Assembly: GCF_042660085.1 (NCBI RefSeq)
Contig: NZ_JBHSTI010000051.1
Location: 1-32,000 of the forward strand
Source: Longivirga aurantiaca
GTDB lineage: Bacteria > Actinomycetota > Actinomycetes > S36-B12 > CAIYMF01
DNA length: 32,000 bases
Direction: 5' to 3'
Shown here: positions 1-7,695 of the stretch, one piece after another
How positions within the stretch are numbered: the stretch's first letter is position 1
Layout of the letters: the number at the start of each line of letters is the position of its first letter
Notes under the pieces: model-generated
The model's database searches: none
What the model saw: the letters and a program-made list of their open reading frames with translations, nothing else
Told to the model about the DNA's origin: nothing
Made by a program: the position numbers and the translations under genes

Positions 1-106
1 CGTATCCGTCGTGGAGCGCGCGCTGGTTACCCGGGTAAGGCGGCGTCCTGCTGGGTGAGTCGCGTATGCGTCGTGGAGCGGACGCCGGTTACCCAGATAC
101 GCCGAT
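1..106. repeat. Two direct copies of a ~44-nt unit with 62-nt spacing (1-44 and 63-106), truncated by the window edge
   Basis: cgtatCcgtcgtggagcgCGcgcTggttacccGgGta versus cgtatGcgtcgtggagcgGAcgcCggttacccAgAta. Roughly 33 of 42 positions match by eye. No convincing ORF covers them. Confidence 0.5.
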
Positions 107-339
107 GAGCCGCCGGACGTCGGCGCGGGCGGGCGGCCCACGTCTCGTCGGTCACACAGCGTCCGCTGCGCGCGGCTGGCGCGATCCGGGCGCGAACGAT
201 GAGTGCGAGCGGACGGCGGCTGACCCGGCTCGACCGGTCTGGCCCGCGCGGCCGTCGTCGCCATCAGGTACGTCGTCCCGGCTGCCTGAGCACTGAGCAC
301 GAGGTTGGCCCGGCCACGGGGCGGGCCCTCCGCGCACGT

Positions 340-414
340 CACCCCCGCGTCGCACTGATCGAACCGTCGCTTCCCAGGGCCGGAAGCAACGGATTGGCCA
401 GTCTCACGGGGGTG
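340..414. repeat. Palindromic intergenic element, degenerate copy A
   Basis: The left arm cacccccgcgtcgcactgatcgaaccgtcgcttcc and right arm ggaagcaacggattggccagtctcacgggggtg are imperfect reverse complements. The core gaagcaacggatt(g) is shared with the element at 9545-9622. It lies 109 nt upstream of the lipoprotein ATG. Confidence 0.55.
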
Positions 415-522
415 GGCCCGGGCTGTGCGGCTGGTCACGAGTGCGTCGCGGTCGGCGCGCAGCGCGCGCATACGGCGTACCCCGCGCGCGAGGATGGCGG
501 TACAACCTGGAGGGGGATCCCC

Positions 523-1125
523 ATGCGCATCCGCACGTACGCCGCCGTCGGCGTCACCCTGCTCGCCCTGACAGCCTGCGGCTCGTCCGGAGGTGCCAGC
601 GACACATCGTCTGCGGCTGTGCCGTCCGAGACCGCGGCCGACGTCGCCTGGGCCGAGTCGGTGTGCCAGCGCGCCGACGAGCTCGACGCCTCCGTGGCCG
701 CGATCGCGTCCAGCGTCTCGATCGACCCGCAGGCCGGCGACGTGCTCGACCAACTGCAGCAGCAGATCGTCGCGGCCGTCGACACCGTGAAGGGCGACGT
801 CGTCGACCTCGCCGGGGCGGTCGCCGACGTGCCGAAGGGCTCCGACCCGGCCCTCACCGCGGCGTCCGAGCAGCTGACCGCCGACAAGGCCGCGCTCGAG
901 GCGTCGATCGATGCGCTGAAGACCGCGGCCACGGCCTTCAGCGAGGCCGAGGGCGTGCTCGGCAAGGTGACGGCGTTCGGTGCGGTGTCGACCGCGGCCG
1001 GCCAGGTCGGCGACTCTGCCAAGGCGTTCGGCACGAGCCTGTCGAACGTGTCCGAGACCGGCGGCGCTGCGGCCGAGGCCGCGTTCGCTGCTGCCCCCAC
1101 CTGCCAGGCCCGCAAGGCCAGCTGA
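523..1125 (+). CDS. Ala-rich secreted lipoprotein of unknown function
   Basis: An internal ATG of ORF 199..1125 is preceded by ggaggggg. The N-terminus MRIRTYAAVGVTLLALTAC|GSSGG has a signal peptide plus lipobox (LTAC). The mature part is helical, A/D/E/S-rich and has two Cys. Confidence 0.7.
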   Translation: MRIRTYAAVGVTLLALTACGSSGGASDTSSAAVPSETAADVAWAESVCQRADELDASVAAIASSVSIDPQAGDVLDQLQQQIVAAVDTVKGDVVDLAGAVADVPKGSDPALTAASEQLTADKAALEASIDALKTAATAFSEAEGVLGKVTAFGAVSTAAGQVGDSAKAFGTSLSNVSETGGAAAEAAFAAAPTCQARKAS

Positions 1126-1186
1126 CCCCTGCCGATCTGGATGGCGAGGCGCTCGCCCGAGTGCGCGCATCGCCAGCCAGTTCGGG

Positions 1187-2368
1187 TCACCAGGTGGCGT
1201 GCAGGGCGGTCGGCGCACGGAACTCCCAGCCGCGGAAGGTCACGTCGTACGCCGGGTCCAGGCGCAGATCGGGCAGCGCGTCGACGAGCAGCTGCAGGGC
1301 GATCCGCTCCTGGCCGCGCGCGAACGCGTGCCCCGCGCAGAAGTGCGGCCCGTACCCGAACGCGGCGTTGGGCACGCGCGGTCGGCGTACGTCGAAGGCG
1401 TCGGGATCGGTGAACACGCGCTCGTCGCGGCAGGCGCTCGCCACCACGCCCGCGACCGCTGACCCCGCGGGGATCACCGTGCCCGCGAGCTCGACGTCGC
1501 GCGTGGTCTGGCGGGTCTGCGTGCCGATCGGTGCGACCCAGCGCAGGCCCTCGTGCACGGCGTCGTCCCACCGCGCGGGATCGGCGCGCACCCATGCGAG
1601 CTGGTCGTCGTCCGCCAGCAGCGCGGCGAGGGTCGAGGCGGCGCCGTGCCCCGGCTCCTGCATGCCGCCGAGGATGATCACCTTGAGCGAGGGCAGCACG
1701 GCCTCGATCGAGCGCGGCTGGCCGACGGGGCAGCCGCTGGTGAGCATCGAGGCGATGGTCGAGTCGTCGGGCTCGGCCTGCAGCCGCTCCATCAACGGCC
1801 TGAGCTCGTGGTCGATCACCGCCGCGGTCTCGTCGTTGATGCGCTGCTTCTCGGGATCGTTCTCGAAGTTGATCGCGCCCATCGCGAGGCCGTGGAACCA
1901 CTCCTGCAGCGTCGACTCGCTGAGGTGCCCGAGCCCGAGGACGGCGCCGAGGCTGAGCACCGAGATCGGTTCGAAGTACTCCGACACCAGCTCGGCCCGG
2001 CGCTCGGGCTGCGCGAGCAGCCGGTCGAGGAAGCGCTCGGCGATCGGAGTCACGAGCTCGTCGATGTAGGTCGCCACCGTGCGCGGGCGGTACTTCGTGT
2101 CGAGGCTGCGGCGCAGGTCGAGGTGCTCGGCGCCGTCCACGGTGAGGATGGTCGGCCCGCCGAAGGATCGGTCGAGCGGCGAGCCGTCGACCTTCGCGCT
2201 GAAGAGCTCGGGCTTGGTCGTGACCGTCTCGACGTCGGCCGCGCGCGTGACGAGCCAGAGGTTGACCGCCGGCACCCACGCCACCGGCTCCTCGGCGCGC
2301 AGCCGCGCGTAGACGGGGTAGGGGTCGGTCTCGAGGTCGTCGACCGTGATCGTCTCGGCGTACGTCAT
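1187..2368 (-). CDS. Cytochrome P450 monooxygenase
   Basis: Heme-thiolate loop FGYGPHFCAGHAFA (FxxGxxxCxG) near the C-terminus and typical length. The start is chosen at MTYAETI because ggaggg lies about 8 nt upstream; the ORF itself extends to 2404. Confidence 0.9.
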   Translation of the reverse strand: MTYAETITVDDLETDPYPVYARLRAEEPVAWVPAVNLWLVTRAADVETVTTKPELFSAKVDGSPLDRSFGGPTILTVDGAEHLDLRRSLDTKYRPRTVATYIDELVTPIAERFLDRLLAQPERRAELVSEYFEPISVLSLGAVLGLGHLSESTLQEWFHGLAMGAINFENDPEKQRINDETAAVIDHELRPLMERLQAEPDDSTIASMLTSGCPVGQPRSIEAVLPSLKVIILGGMQEPGHGAASTLAALLADDDQLAWVRADPARWDDAVHEGLRWVAPIGTQTRQTTRDVELAGTVIPAGSAVAGVVASACRDERVFTDPDAFDVRRPRVPNAAFGYGPHFCAGHAFARGQERIALQLLVDALPDLRLDPAYDVTFRGWEFRAPTALHATW

Positions 2369-2547
2369 GGGCACACCCTCCAGTCGTTCGACCCCGAACG
2401 GCAAGAGTCCGCACCTGCCCGGCCGATCCGGTCAGCCTCGCGTCGTCCTGTCGTCCAGCCACGATCGGAGGGGTTCCGGCGCCGCACACGCGCCGCACAG
2501 ATCCTGCTTTCCCCGTCGCACATCACCGGATACACCTCCCGCACAGT

Positions 2548-2561
2548 TGAACACTTGTTCA
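2548..2561. promoter_or_regulatory. Perfect 6-2-6 palindrome TGAACActTGTTCA; candidate ArsR/SmtB operator
   Basis: The sequence is self-complementary and ends 18 nt upstream of the ArsR ATG, inside the P450/ArsR divergent region. It resembles TGAACA-type half sites that I recall from SmtB/CzrA-class operators. Confidence 0.5.
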
Positions 2562-2578
2562 TGTAGTAATGTGCGCTC

Positions 2579-2920
2579 ATGACGCGCCCGCTGTACGAGG
2601 CCAAGGCCGAGTTCTTCCGCACCCTCGGCCACCCCGCGCGGATCCGCGTGCTCGAGCTGCTCTGCGAGCGCGAGCTCGCCGTGCACGAGCTGCTCGCCGA
2701 GATCGAGATCGAGCCGAGCAACCTCTCGCACCAGCTCGCCGCCCTGCGGCGCACGGGGCTCGTGTCGCAGAGCCGCCGCGACGGCCAGGTCTTCTATGCC
2801 ATCACCGCGCCGGAGATCCGCGACCTCCTGCTCGCGGCCCGTACGATCCTGCTCGACGTGATCGACGACCAGGCGGGTCTGCGCAAGGAGCTCCGGGCGT
2901 CACGGAAAGCCGCGTCGTGA
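2579..2920 (+). CDS. ArsR/SmtB-family winged-helix transcriptional regulator
   Basis: FFRTLGHPARIRVLELLCERELAVHELLAEIEIEPSNLSHQLAALRRTGLV is the canonical ArsR HTH core. The protein is 113 aa. Confidence 0.9.
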   Translation: MTRPLYEAKAEFFRTLGHPARIRVLELLCERELAVHELLAEIEIEPSNLSHQLAALRRTGLVSQSRRDGQVFYAITAPEIRDLLLAARTILLDVIDDQAGLRKELRASRKAAS

Positions 2921-4593
2921 TCGACCGGGCCGGTACGGCGCTCGGCCAGGCTGCGGCCCGCGCCCGGGCCCTGCTGCCGCAGGCGGCGGACTTCCGCGCG
3001 ATGAAGCGCGACCCCAAGCGCGACGTGATCGCCGGTCTCACCGTGGCCGTCGTCGCCCTTCCGCTCGCCCTCGCCTTCGGCGTCGCCTCGGGGCTCGGCG
3101 CAGGGGCGGGCCTGGTGACCGCCGTCGTGGCCGGACTGCTCGCGGCGCTCTTCGGCGGTAGCAACCTGCAGGTGAGCGGGCCGACCGGCGCGATGACGGT
3201 GGTGCTGCTGCCGATCGTGGCGCAGTTCGGCACCGGCGCGGTGCTCGTGGTCGGCCTGATCGCCGGCGTCTTCCTCATCGCGCTGGCCGCGATCGGCGTG
3301 GGGCGCTGGATGCAGTACGTGCCGCTGCCGGTGGTCGAGGGGTTCACCCTCGGCATCGCGGTGATCATCGGCCTGCAGCAGGTGCCGGCCGCTCTCGGCG
3401 TGACGGTCGAGGGCGAGAAGGTGCTCGGCCGCGCGGTCGAAGCCATCAGGCTGTGGTTCGCCGACCCGCAGTGGGCGCCGGTGCTCGTGGCCGGGTTCGT
3501 CGCGGCGTCGATGCTCCTCGCGATCCGGTTCCGCCCGGGCCTGCCGGTGTCGCTGCCGGCGGTCGTCGTGGCGACGCTGGCCGTGTCGTACTTCGCGCTC
3601 AACGCGGAGACGATCGGCACCATCCCCACCGGCTTCCCGGCTCCCGCCCTACCCGACTTCGAGTGGTCGCAGGTGAGCGCGCTCATCGTGCCGGCCCTCG
3701 CGGTCGCGGCACTGGCCGCGCTCGAGAGCCTGCTCTCGGCCACGGTCGCCGACGGCATGTCGGTGGGCGAGCGGCACGACTCCGACCGCGAGCTGTTCGG
3801 CCAGGGCGTGGCCAACCTCGTCGGGCCGATCTTCGGCGGGGTGCCGGCCACCGCGGCCATCGCGCGGACGGCGGTCAACGTGCGCAGCGGCGCGCGGTCG
3901 CGGCTCGCGTCGTCCACCCACGCCGTCGCCCTGCTGGTCGTGATGCTCGTCGCCGCCCCCTGGGTGGGTCACATCCCGCTCGCGGCGCTGGCCGGCGTGC
4001 TGATCGCGACCGTCGTCCAGATGGTCGAGGTGTCGAACCTCCGCGCCCTCATGCGCGCCACCCGCGGCGACGCGCTCGTGCTCGTGGCCACGGCGGTCGC
4101 GACGGTCGTGTTCGACCTCGTGACGGCCGTGATCGTGGGGCTCGTGGTCGCCGGTCTCTATGCGCTGCAGCAGGTCTCGCGGTCGGCGCACATGGACGCT
4201 GTTCCCCTCGACACGAGCGACCACAGCGACGCCGAGCGCGCGCTGCTCGACGAGCACGTGGTGGCGTACCGCCTCGACGGCCCGCTCTTCTTCGGTGCGG
4301 CGCACCGGTTCCTGCTCGAGCTGTCGGAGGTGGGCGACGTACGCGTGGTCATCCTGCGCCTCGGCCGCGTGCAGACCCTCGACGCCACCGGTGCCACCGT
4401 GCTCGGCCAGACCATCCGCGACCTCGAGGGCCGCGGGATCACGGTGCTGCTCTCGGGCATCCGCGACGACCACGACACGGTCTTCTCGACCCTCGGGGTG
4501 TACGAGCACCTCGCGCACGCGGCGCACGTGTTCCCGACGACGCCCGAGGCCATCGAGCACGCCCGCCGCCACCTGGCCCGCACCCCCCACTGA
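2917..4593 (+). CDS. SulP-family anion transporter with C-terminal STAS domain
   Basis: The protein is polytopic and Gly/Ala/Val-rich (DVIAGLTVAVVALPLALAFGVASG...), with a C-terminal STAS-like segment (VVAYRLDGPLFFGAAHRF...LDATGATVL). The start is set at a GTG that overlaps the ArsR stop (GTGA); an alternative ATG is at 3001. Confidence 0.85.
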   Translation: MIDRAGTALGQAAARARALLPQAADFRAMKRDPKRDVIAGLTVAVVALPLALAFGVASGLGAGAGLVTAVVAGLLAALFGGSNLQVSGPTGAMTVVLLPIVAQFGTGAVLVVGLIAGVFLIALAAIGVGRWMQYVPLPVVEGFTLGIAVIIGLQQVPAALGVTVEGEKVLGRAVEAIRLWFADPQWAPVLVAGFVAASMLLAIRFRPGLPVSLPAVVVATLAVSYFALNAETIGTIPTGFPAPALPDFEWSQVSALIVPALAVAALAALESLLSATVADGMSVGERHDSDRELFGQGVANLVGPIFGGVPATAAIARTAVNVRSGARSRLASSTHAVALLVVMLVAAPWVGHIPLAALAGVLIATVVQMVEVSNLRALMRATRGDALVLVATAVATVVFDLVTAVIVGLVVAGLYALQQVSRSAHMDAVPLDTSDHSDAERALLDEHVVAYRLDGPLFFGAAHRFLLELSEVGDVRVVILRLGRVQTLDATGATVLGQTIRDLEGRGITVLLSGIRDDHDTVFSTLGVYEHLAHAAHVFPTTPEAIEHARRHLARTPH

Positions 4594-4722
4594 CGCGAGT
4601 TACTGCCCAGAGCGGGGTGATATGGGCACGCATAACCCCACTGTGGGCAGTAGCTCCCAGCAGGGGTCAGGTGCGGAGGTGGGCCATGCCGCCGTCGACG
4701 CTGAGGATCGTGCCGGGGGTGC
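4582..4722. repeat. Left copy of a ~140-bp direct repeat (SulP stop region + hairpin 4599-4654 + SDR 3'-end relic)
   Basis: It aligns with 5837-5977. The flanks are identical (cccccactgacgcgagttactgccc, and 54 nt ggggtcaggtgcgg...gatcgtgccgg). The central hairpin core is diverged. Confidence 0.85.
4667..4716 (-). pseudogene. Relic of the last ~16 codons plus stop of the SDR gene
   Basis: These 50 nt are identical to 5922-5971, which encode ...GTILSVDGGMAHLRT* of the intact SDR. Upstream similarity is lost after ~4722, and no ORF continues in that frame. Confidence 0.65.
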
Positions 4723-4774
4723 GGGCGGGGGTCGCCTCTCCTGGCTGGGATCCGCGGCCCCCGCCCACGTCGGG

Positions 4775-5425
4775 TCACGCGGGGGCGGCGACACCCGTGC
4801 GTGCGGTACGGCGGCTGCGCACGGCGTACGCCGCGAAGAAGGCCATGGCCGCGATGCCCACGGCTACGACGAGGCCTGCCCACATCATCCAGATGGTCAT
4901 GACAACAGCTGTCGCACCCAGCTCGACCGCTGCCCGCACGGGGTGCGAGCGCAGCCCCATGAGCGCGTGGACGCAGAGGGCGAGCATGACGACGCCCACC
5001 ACGCCGAGGCCGATGCGCCACTGGAAATCGTACGAGCCGACCGCCGCGTTGCGGGAGTCGATCAGCATGCCGATGCCGATCAGCGCGGTCCAGGCGGTGA
5101 CGATCGCTGCAACGCCGTACGCGGTGCGGGTCCAGCCGTCGAGCGGTGCGCGTGCGGTCATGACGACCTCCGGTTCCCGTGCGGATCGGGCGATCCGCCG
5201 TTGGTGGGTGCGCCAGGAGAGGTCGGCGGGGACGCCGAGGAGCGCGCGGCGCAGGACGTCGCGCGGGAAGGTGGACCGGGCCTGGCCGAGCGCGGCCAGC
5301 CGGTGGTCGTGCAGGTCGGACGCGAGCTCGTCCCGTCGATCGGCGGCGACGTCGGCGGGCAGGCCCCGGGTGTACAGGGCGCACCACCGCAGGACGAGGG
5401 CCGTGACTCGCCCGCCGGAGGTCAT
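4775..5425 (-). CDS. Membrane protein partnered with PadR (N-terminal cytoplasmic helical domain plus ~4 TM segments)
   Basis: A 216-aa ORF whose ATG overlaps the padR stop (ATGA). The C-terminal half is hydrophobic (AAIVTAWTALIGIGMLI, GLGVVGVVMLALCVHALMGL, TAVVMTIWMMWAGLVVAVGIAAMAFFAAYA). Confidence 0.6.
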   Translation of the reverse strand: MTSGGRVTALVLRWCALYTRGLPADVAADRRDELASDLHDHRLAALGQARSTFPRDVLRRALLGVPADLSWRTHQRRIARSAREPEVVMTARAPLDGWTRTAYGVAAIVTAWTALIGIGMLIDSRNAAVGSYDFQWRIGLGVVGVVMLALCVHALMGLRSHPVRAAVELGATAVVMTIWMMWAGLVVAVGIAAMAFFAAYAVRSRRTARTGVAAPA

Positions 5426-5772
5426 GTCGTCGCCACCCTCGCTGCGGCGACGGTCGCGACCGGCTGCCGGCTTCGGGCCAGGGCCGTCTCGCCGGCCCCG
5501 GTGACGCGGTACAGCCGGCGTCGCGGCCGGCCCTCACGCTCGGCGATCGACGACTCCTCCCAGCGGGCGGTGAGCAGCCCGCGCTCGGTCATGCGACCGA
5601 GCGCCTTGTAGAGGGTGCCGTGGGCCGTGAGCCGGCGCGACCCATCGGAGTCCGCCAGCGCAGAGGCCAGCACGAACCCGTGGAACTCGCTGCCGTCACG
5701 GGTCAGCGCGAGGCCGGACTCGAGGATCGCCTGCTCGAGCGGCAGCAGCTGGTCGGGGCGTCGTCGGGCCAT
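5422..5772 (-). CDS. PadR-family transcriptional regulator
   Basis: HGFVLASAL...RLTAHGTLYKALGRMTERGLLTARWEE...GRPRRRLYRVTGAGE is the typical PadR winged-helix pattern. The start is taken at MARRRPDQ (ATG 5770-5772); the ORF extends to 5844. Confidence 0.8.
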   Translation of the reverse strand: MARRRPDQLLPLEQAILESGLALTRDGSEFHGFVLASALADSDGSRRLTAHGTLYKALGRMTERGLLTARWEESSIAEREGRPRRRLYRVTGAGETALARSRQPVATVAAARVATT

Positions 5773-5785
5773 GGACACAGAATGA

Positions 5786-5797
5786 GAAGATATCTTC
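5786..5797. promoter_or_regulatory. Perfect 12-bp palindrome GAAGATATCTTC; candidate PadR auto-operator
   Basis: It lies 14 nt upstream of the padR ATG in a locally AT-rich patch. Imperfect extension runs to about 5777-5806 (acagaatgaGAAGATATCTTCccattgt). Confidence 0.45.
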
Positions 5798-5836
5798 CCA
5801 TTGTCAAGAGGCCATCGCCTGACCCATCGCCCCGGG

Positions 5837-5977
5837 ACCCCCACTGACGCGAGTTACTGCCCGAAGTGGGGGGGATGCGGGCCGGCATCACCCCACTTCG
5901 GGCAGTAACTCGAAGAAGGGGTCAGGTGCGGAGGTGGGCCATGCCGCCGTCGACGCTGAGGATCGTGCCGGTGGTGC
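5837..5977. repeat. Right copy of the ~140-bp direct repeat (perfect 19-bp hairpin 5853-5909 + genuine SDR 3' end)
   Basis: See 4582-4722. The hairpin gttactgcccgaagtgggg / ccccacttcgggcagtaac is a perfect complement. Confidence 0.85.
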
Positions 5978-6662
5978 TGCCCGACAGCGGCGAGGCGAGG
6001 TAGGCGATCGCGTGCGCGACCTCGTCGGCCGTGACCAGGCGGCCCATCGGCTGACGCTGCCGCAGCGCCTCGCCCATCGCGGCGGGGTCGTCGGCCTGGT
6101 CGAGCAGCCGCGCGACCCAGGGGGTGTCGGCCGTGCCGGGAGCGACGGCGTTGACGCGGATGCCCTCTCCCACATGGTCCGCGGCCATCGCGAGCGTGAG
6201 CCCCGACACCGCGCCCTTGCTCGCGCTGTAGAGCGCGCGGTTCTTCACACCGACCACCGCGACCACCGAGCTCGTGTTGACGATCGCGGCGCGCTTCGAC
6301 TCGCGGAGGTACGGCAGCGCCGCGCGGGCCACGCGCGCCATCCCGACGACGTTGACGTCGAGCACGCGGTGCCACTCGTCGTCGTCGTTCGCGGCGACGT
6401 CGCCGCCCGCCCCGATGCCGGCGTTGTTGATCACGACGTCGATGCCGCCGAGCTCGAACGCCGCGGCGTGCACCGCCGCCTCGACCGACGCCGGGTCGCT
6501 GACGTCGCACGGGATCCGCGAGGCGCGCTCCGGGCCGGCGTCGATCGTGAGGTCGAGCACCGCCACCTTCGCCCCGCGCTCGAGGAGGAGGGCTGCCGTG
6601 GCCGCGCCGATGCCGCTCGCGCCACCGGTGACGATCGCCGCGATGCCGTCGAAGTCGCCCAT
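5922..6662 (-). CDS. Short-chain dehydrogenase/reductase (SDR)
   Basis: N-terminal TGGASGIG cofactor motif, NNAG, and an S...YSASK catalytic motif. The protein is 246 aa. Confidence 0.9.
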   Translation of the reverse strand: MGDFDGIAAIVTGGASGIGAATAALLLERGAKVAVLDLTIDAGPERASRIPCDVSDPASVEAAVHAAAFELGGIDVVINNAGIGAGGDVAANDDDEWHRVLDVNVVGMARVARAALPYLRESKRAAIVNTSSVVAVVGVKNRALYSASKGAVSGLTLAMAADHVGEGIRVNAVAPGTADTPWVARLLDQADDPAAMGEALRQRQPMGRLVTADEVAHAIAYLASPLSGSTTGTILSVDGGMAHLRT

Positions 6663-6663
6663 G

Positions 6664-7695
6664 TCAGTCTCTCTTCCTCGGGTCCACGTGGATCTTCGGT
6701 CCGGCGCCCGCGCCGTCGGGCCGGTGCCCGGCGAGCACGTCCGCGACGCCGTCGAGCCCCACGGTCGTGGCCACGATCGGCCGGGGGTCGACCGCTCCCG
6801 CGGCGTACGCCTCGATCGTGCCCGCGAGGCCCGGCGACGCCGACAGCACGCCGACGGCGGTCACGTCCTTCAGCGCGATCGTGCGGGTGTCGACCAGGCT
6901 GGGGCTGCCCGCGAGGCCGATGTAGACCACGCGCCGACCGGGCTCGACGAGGTCGAGAGCCTTCGCCGGGAGGTACGCCGCATTGCTCGCGTCGACCACC
7001 GCATCCCAGGGGAGAGAGGGCAGCTCGGCCTCGGTCCACGCGTTGTCGAAGCCGACCGAGCGCGCGAAGTCGAGCGTGCGCGCCGAGTGCCCCAGCAGGT
7101 GCACCTCGGCGCCGGCGGCGCGCGCGAACATCGCCACGAGCAGGCCGATCGTGCCGGGGCCGAGCACGAGGACGCGGTCGCCCGGTGCCAGGCCGGCGCC
7201 CTGCGCGGCGCGCAGCGCGTTCCCTCCCGGCTCCACGAGAGCGCCGGCGACGTCATCGACGGCGTCCGGCAGCGCGTGCAGCGACGTCACGGGGACGGCA
7301 AGCTGCTCGGCCAGCGCTCCGGCGCGGCCGCTGCGGATGCCGACCTCGCTGCGGTGCTCGCACACGTGCTGGTCGCCGTGCAGGCAGCGGTGGCACCGCC
7401 CGCACCCGAGCATGGTGTCGCCCGTGACGCGTCGTCCGACCCAGCGGTCGTCGACCCCCTCGCCGACCGACGCGACCGTGCCGCACCACTCGTGCCCGAG
7501 CCGCAGCGGGAAGTGCGCGAACCCGTCGTGGAGGTACTGCATCTCACCGGTGAAGAACTCGACGTCGGTGCCGCAGACGCCGACACGCGCGACGTCGACG
7601 ACGACCTCGCCCGGCGCAGCCACCGGTCGGTCGACCTCCTGCACGCCCGCCTCCCCCGGGGCCGTGACGACGAAGGCGCGCATCGTGCCCGTCAT
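6664..7695 (-). CDS. Zinc-dependent medium-chain alcohol/polyol dehydrogenase
   Basis: GVCGTDVEF, LGHEWCG, the structural-zinc motif CGRCHRCLHGDQHVC, and the Rossmann motif LVLGPGTIG. The start at MTGTMRAF overlaps the FAH stop (ATGA); the ORF extends to 7941. Confidence 0.9.
   Translation of the reverse strand: MTGTMRAFVVTAPGEAGVQEVDRPVAAPGEVVVDVARVGVCGTDVEFFTGEMQYLHDGFAHFPLRLGHEWCGTVASVGEGVDDRWVGRRVTGDTMLGCGRCHRCLHGDQHVCEHRSEVGIRSGRAGALAEQLAVPVTSLHALPDAVDDVAGALVEPGGNALRAAQGAGLAPGDRVLVLGPGTIGLLVAMFARAAGAEVHLLGHSARTLDFARSVGFDNAWTEAELPSLPWDAVVDASNAAYLPAKALDLVEPGRRVVYIGLAGSPSLVDTRTIALKDVTAVGVLSASPGLAGTIEAYAAGAVDPRPIVATTVGLDGVADVLAGHRPDGAGAGPKIHVDPRKRD

Noticed and set aside
66-355. Small ORFs 66..296 (+) and 152..355 (-) in the first 520 nt.
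   Set aside because: The composition is Arg/Ala/Gly/Pro-rich, there is no RBS or motif, and they overlap the repeat units. They are most likely non-coding.
1143-1157. The hairpin ggcgag-gcg-ctcgcc between the convergent lipoprotein and P450 genes as a terminator.
   Set aside because: It has only a 6-bp stem with a 3-nt loop. This is too weak and short to call in GC-rich DNA.
435-2498. Very long alternative-frame or antisense ORFs. Examples: 435..2498 (-), 441..2069 (+), 3453..5504 (+), 15132..18908 (+), 15796..18630 (-), 19712..21379 (-), 21060..23054 (-), 24743..27367 (-).
   Set aside because: Their translations are Arg/Pro/Gly/Ala-rich low-complexity strings with no motifs. They overlap strongly supported genes (P450, SulP, narG, narK, the STAND regulator). 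Stop-codon scarcity in high-GC DNA explains them.
4582-5977. A classical transposon, IS or integron cassette interpretation of the repeat-flanked PadR unit.
   Set aside because: No transposase or integrase ORF, no terminal inverted repeats and no attC-like site were recognised. The direct repeats are far longer than normal target-site duplications. It is kept as a finding with the mechanism unknown.
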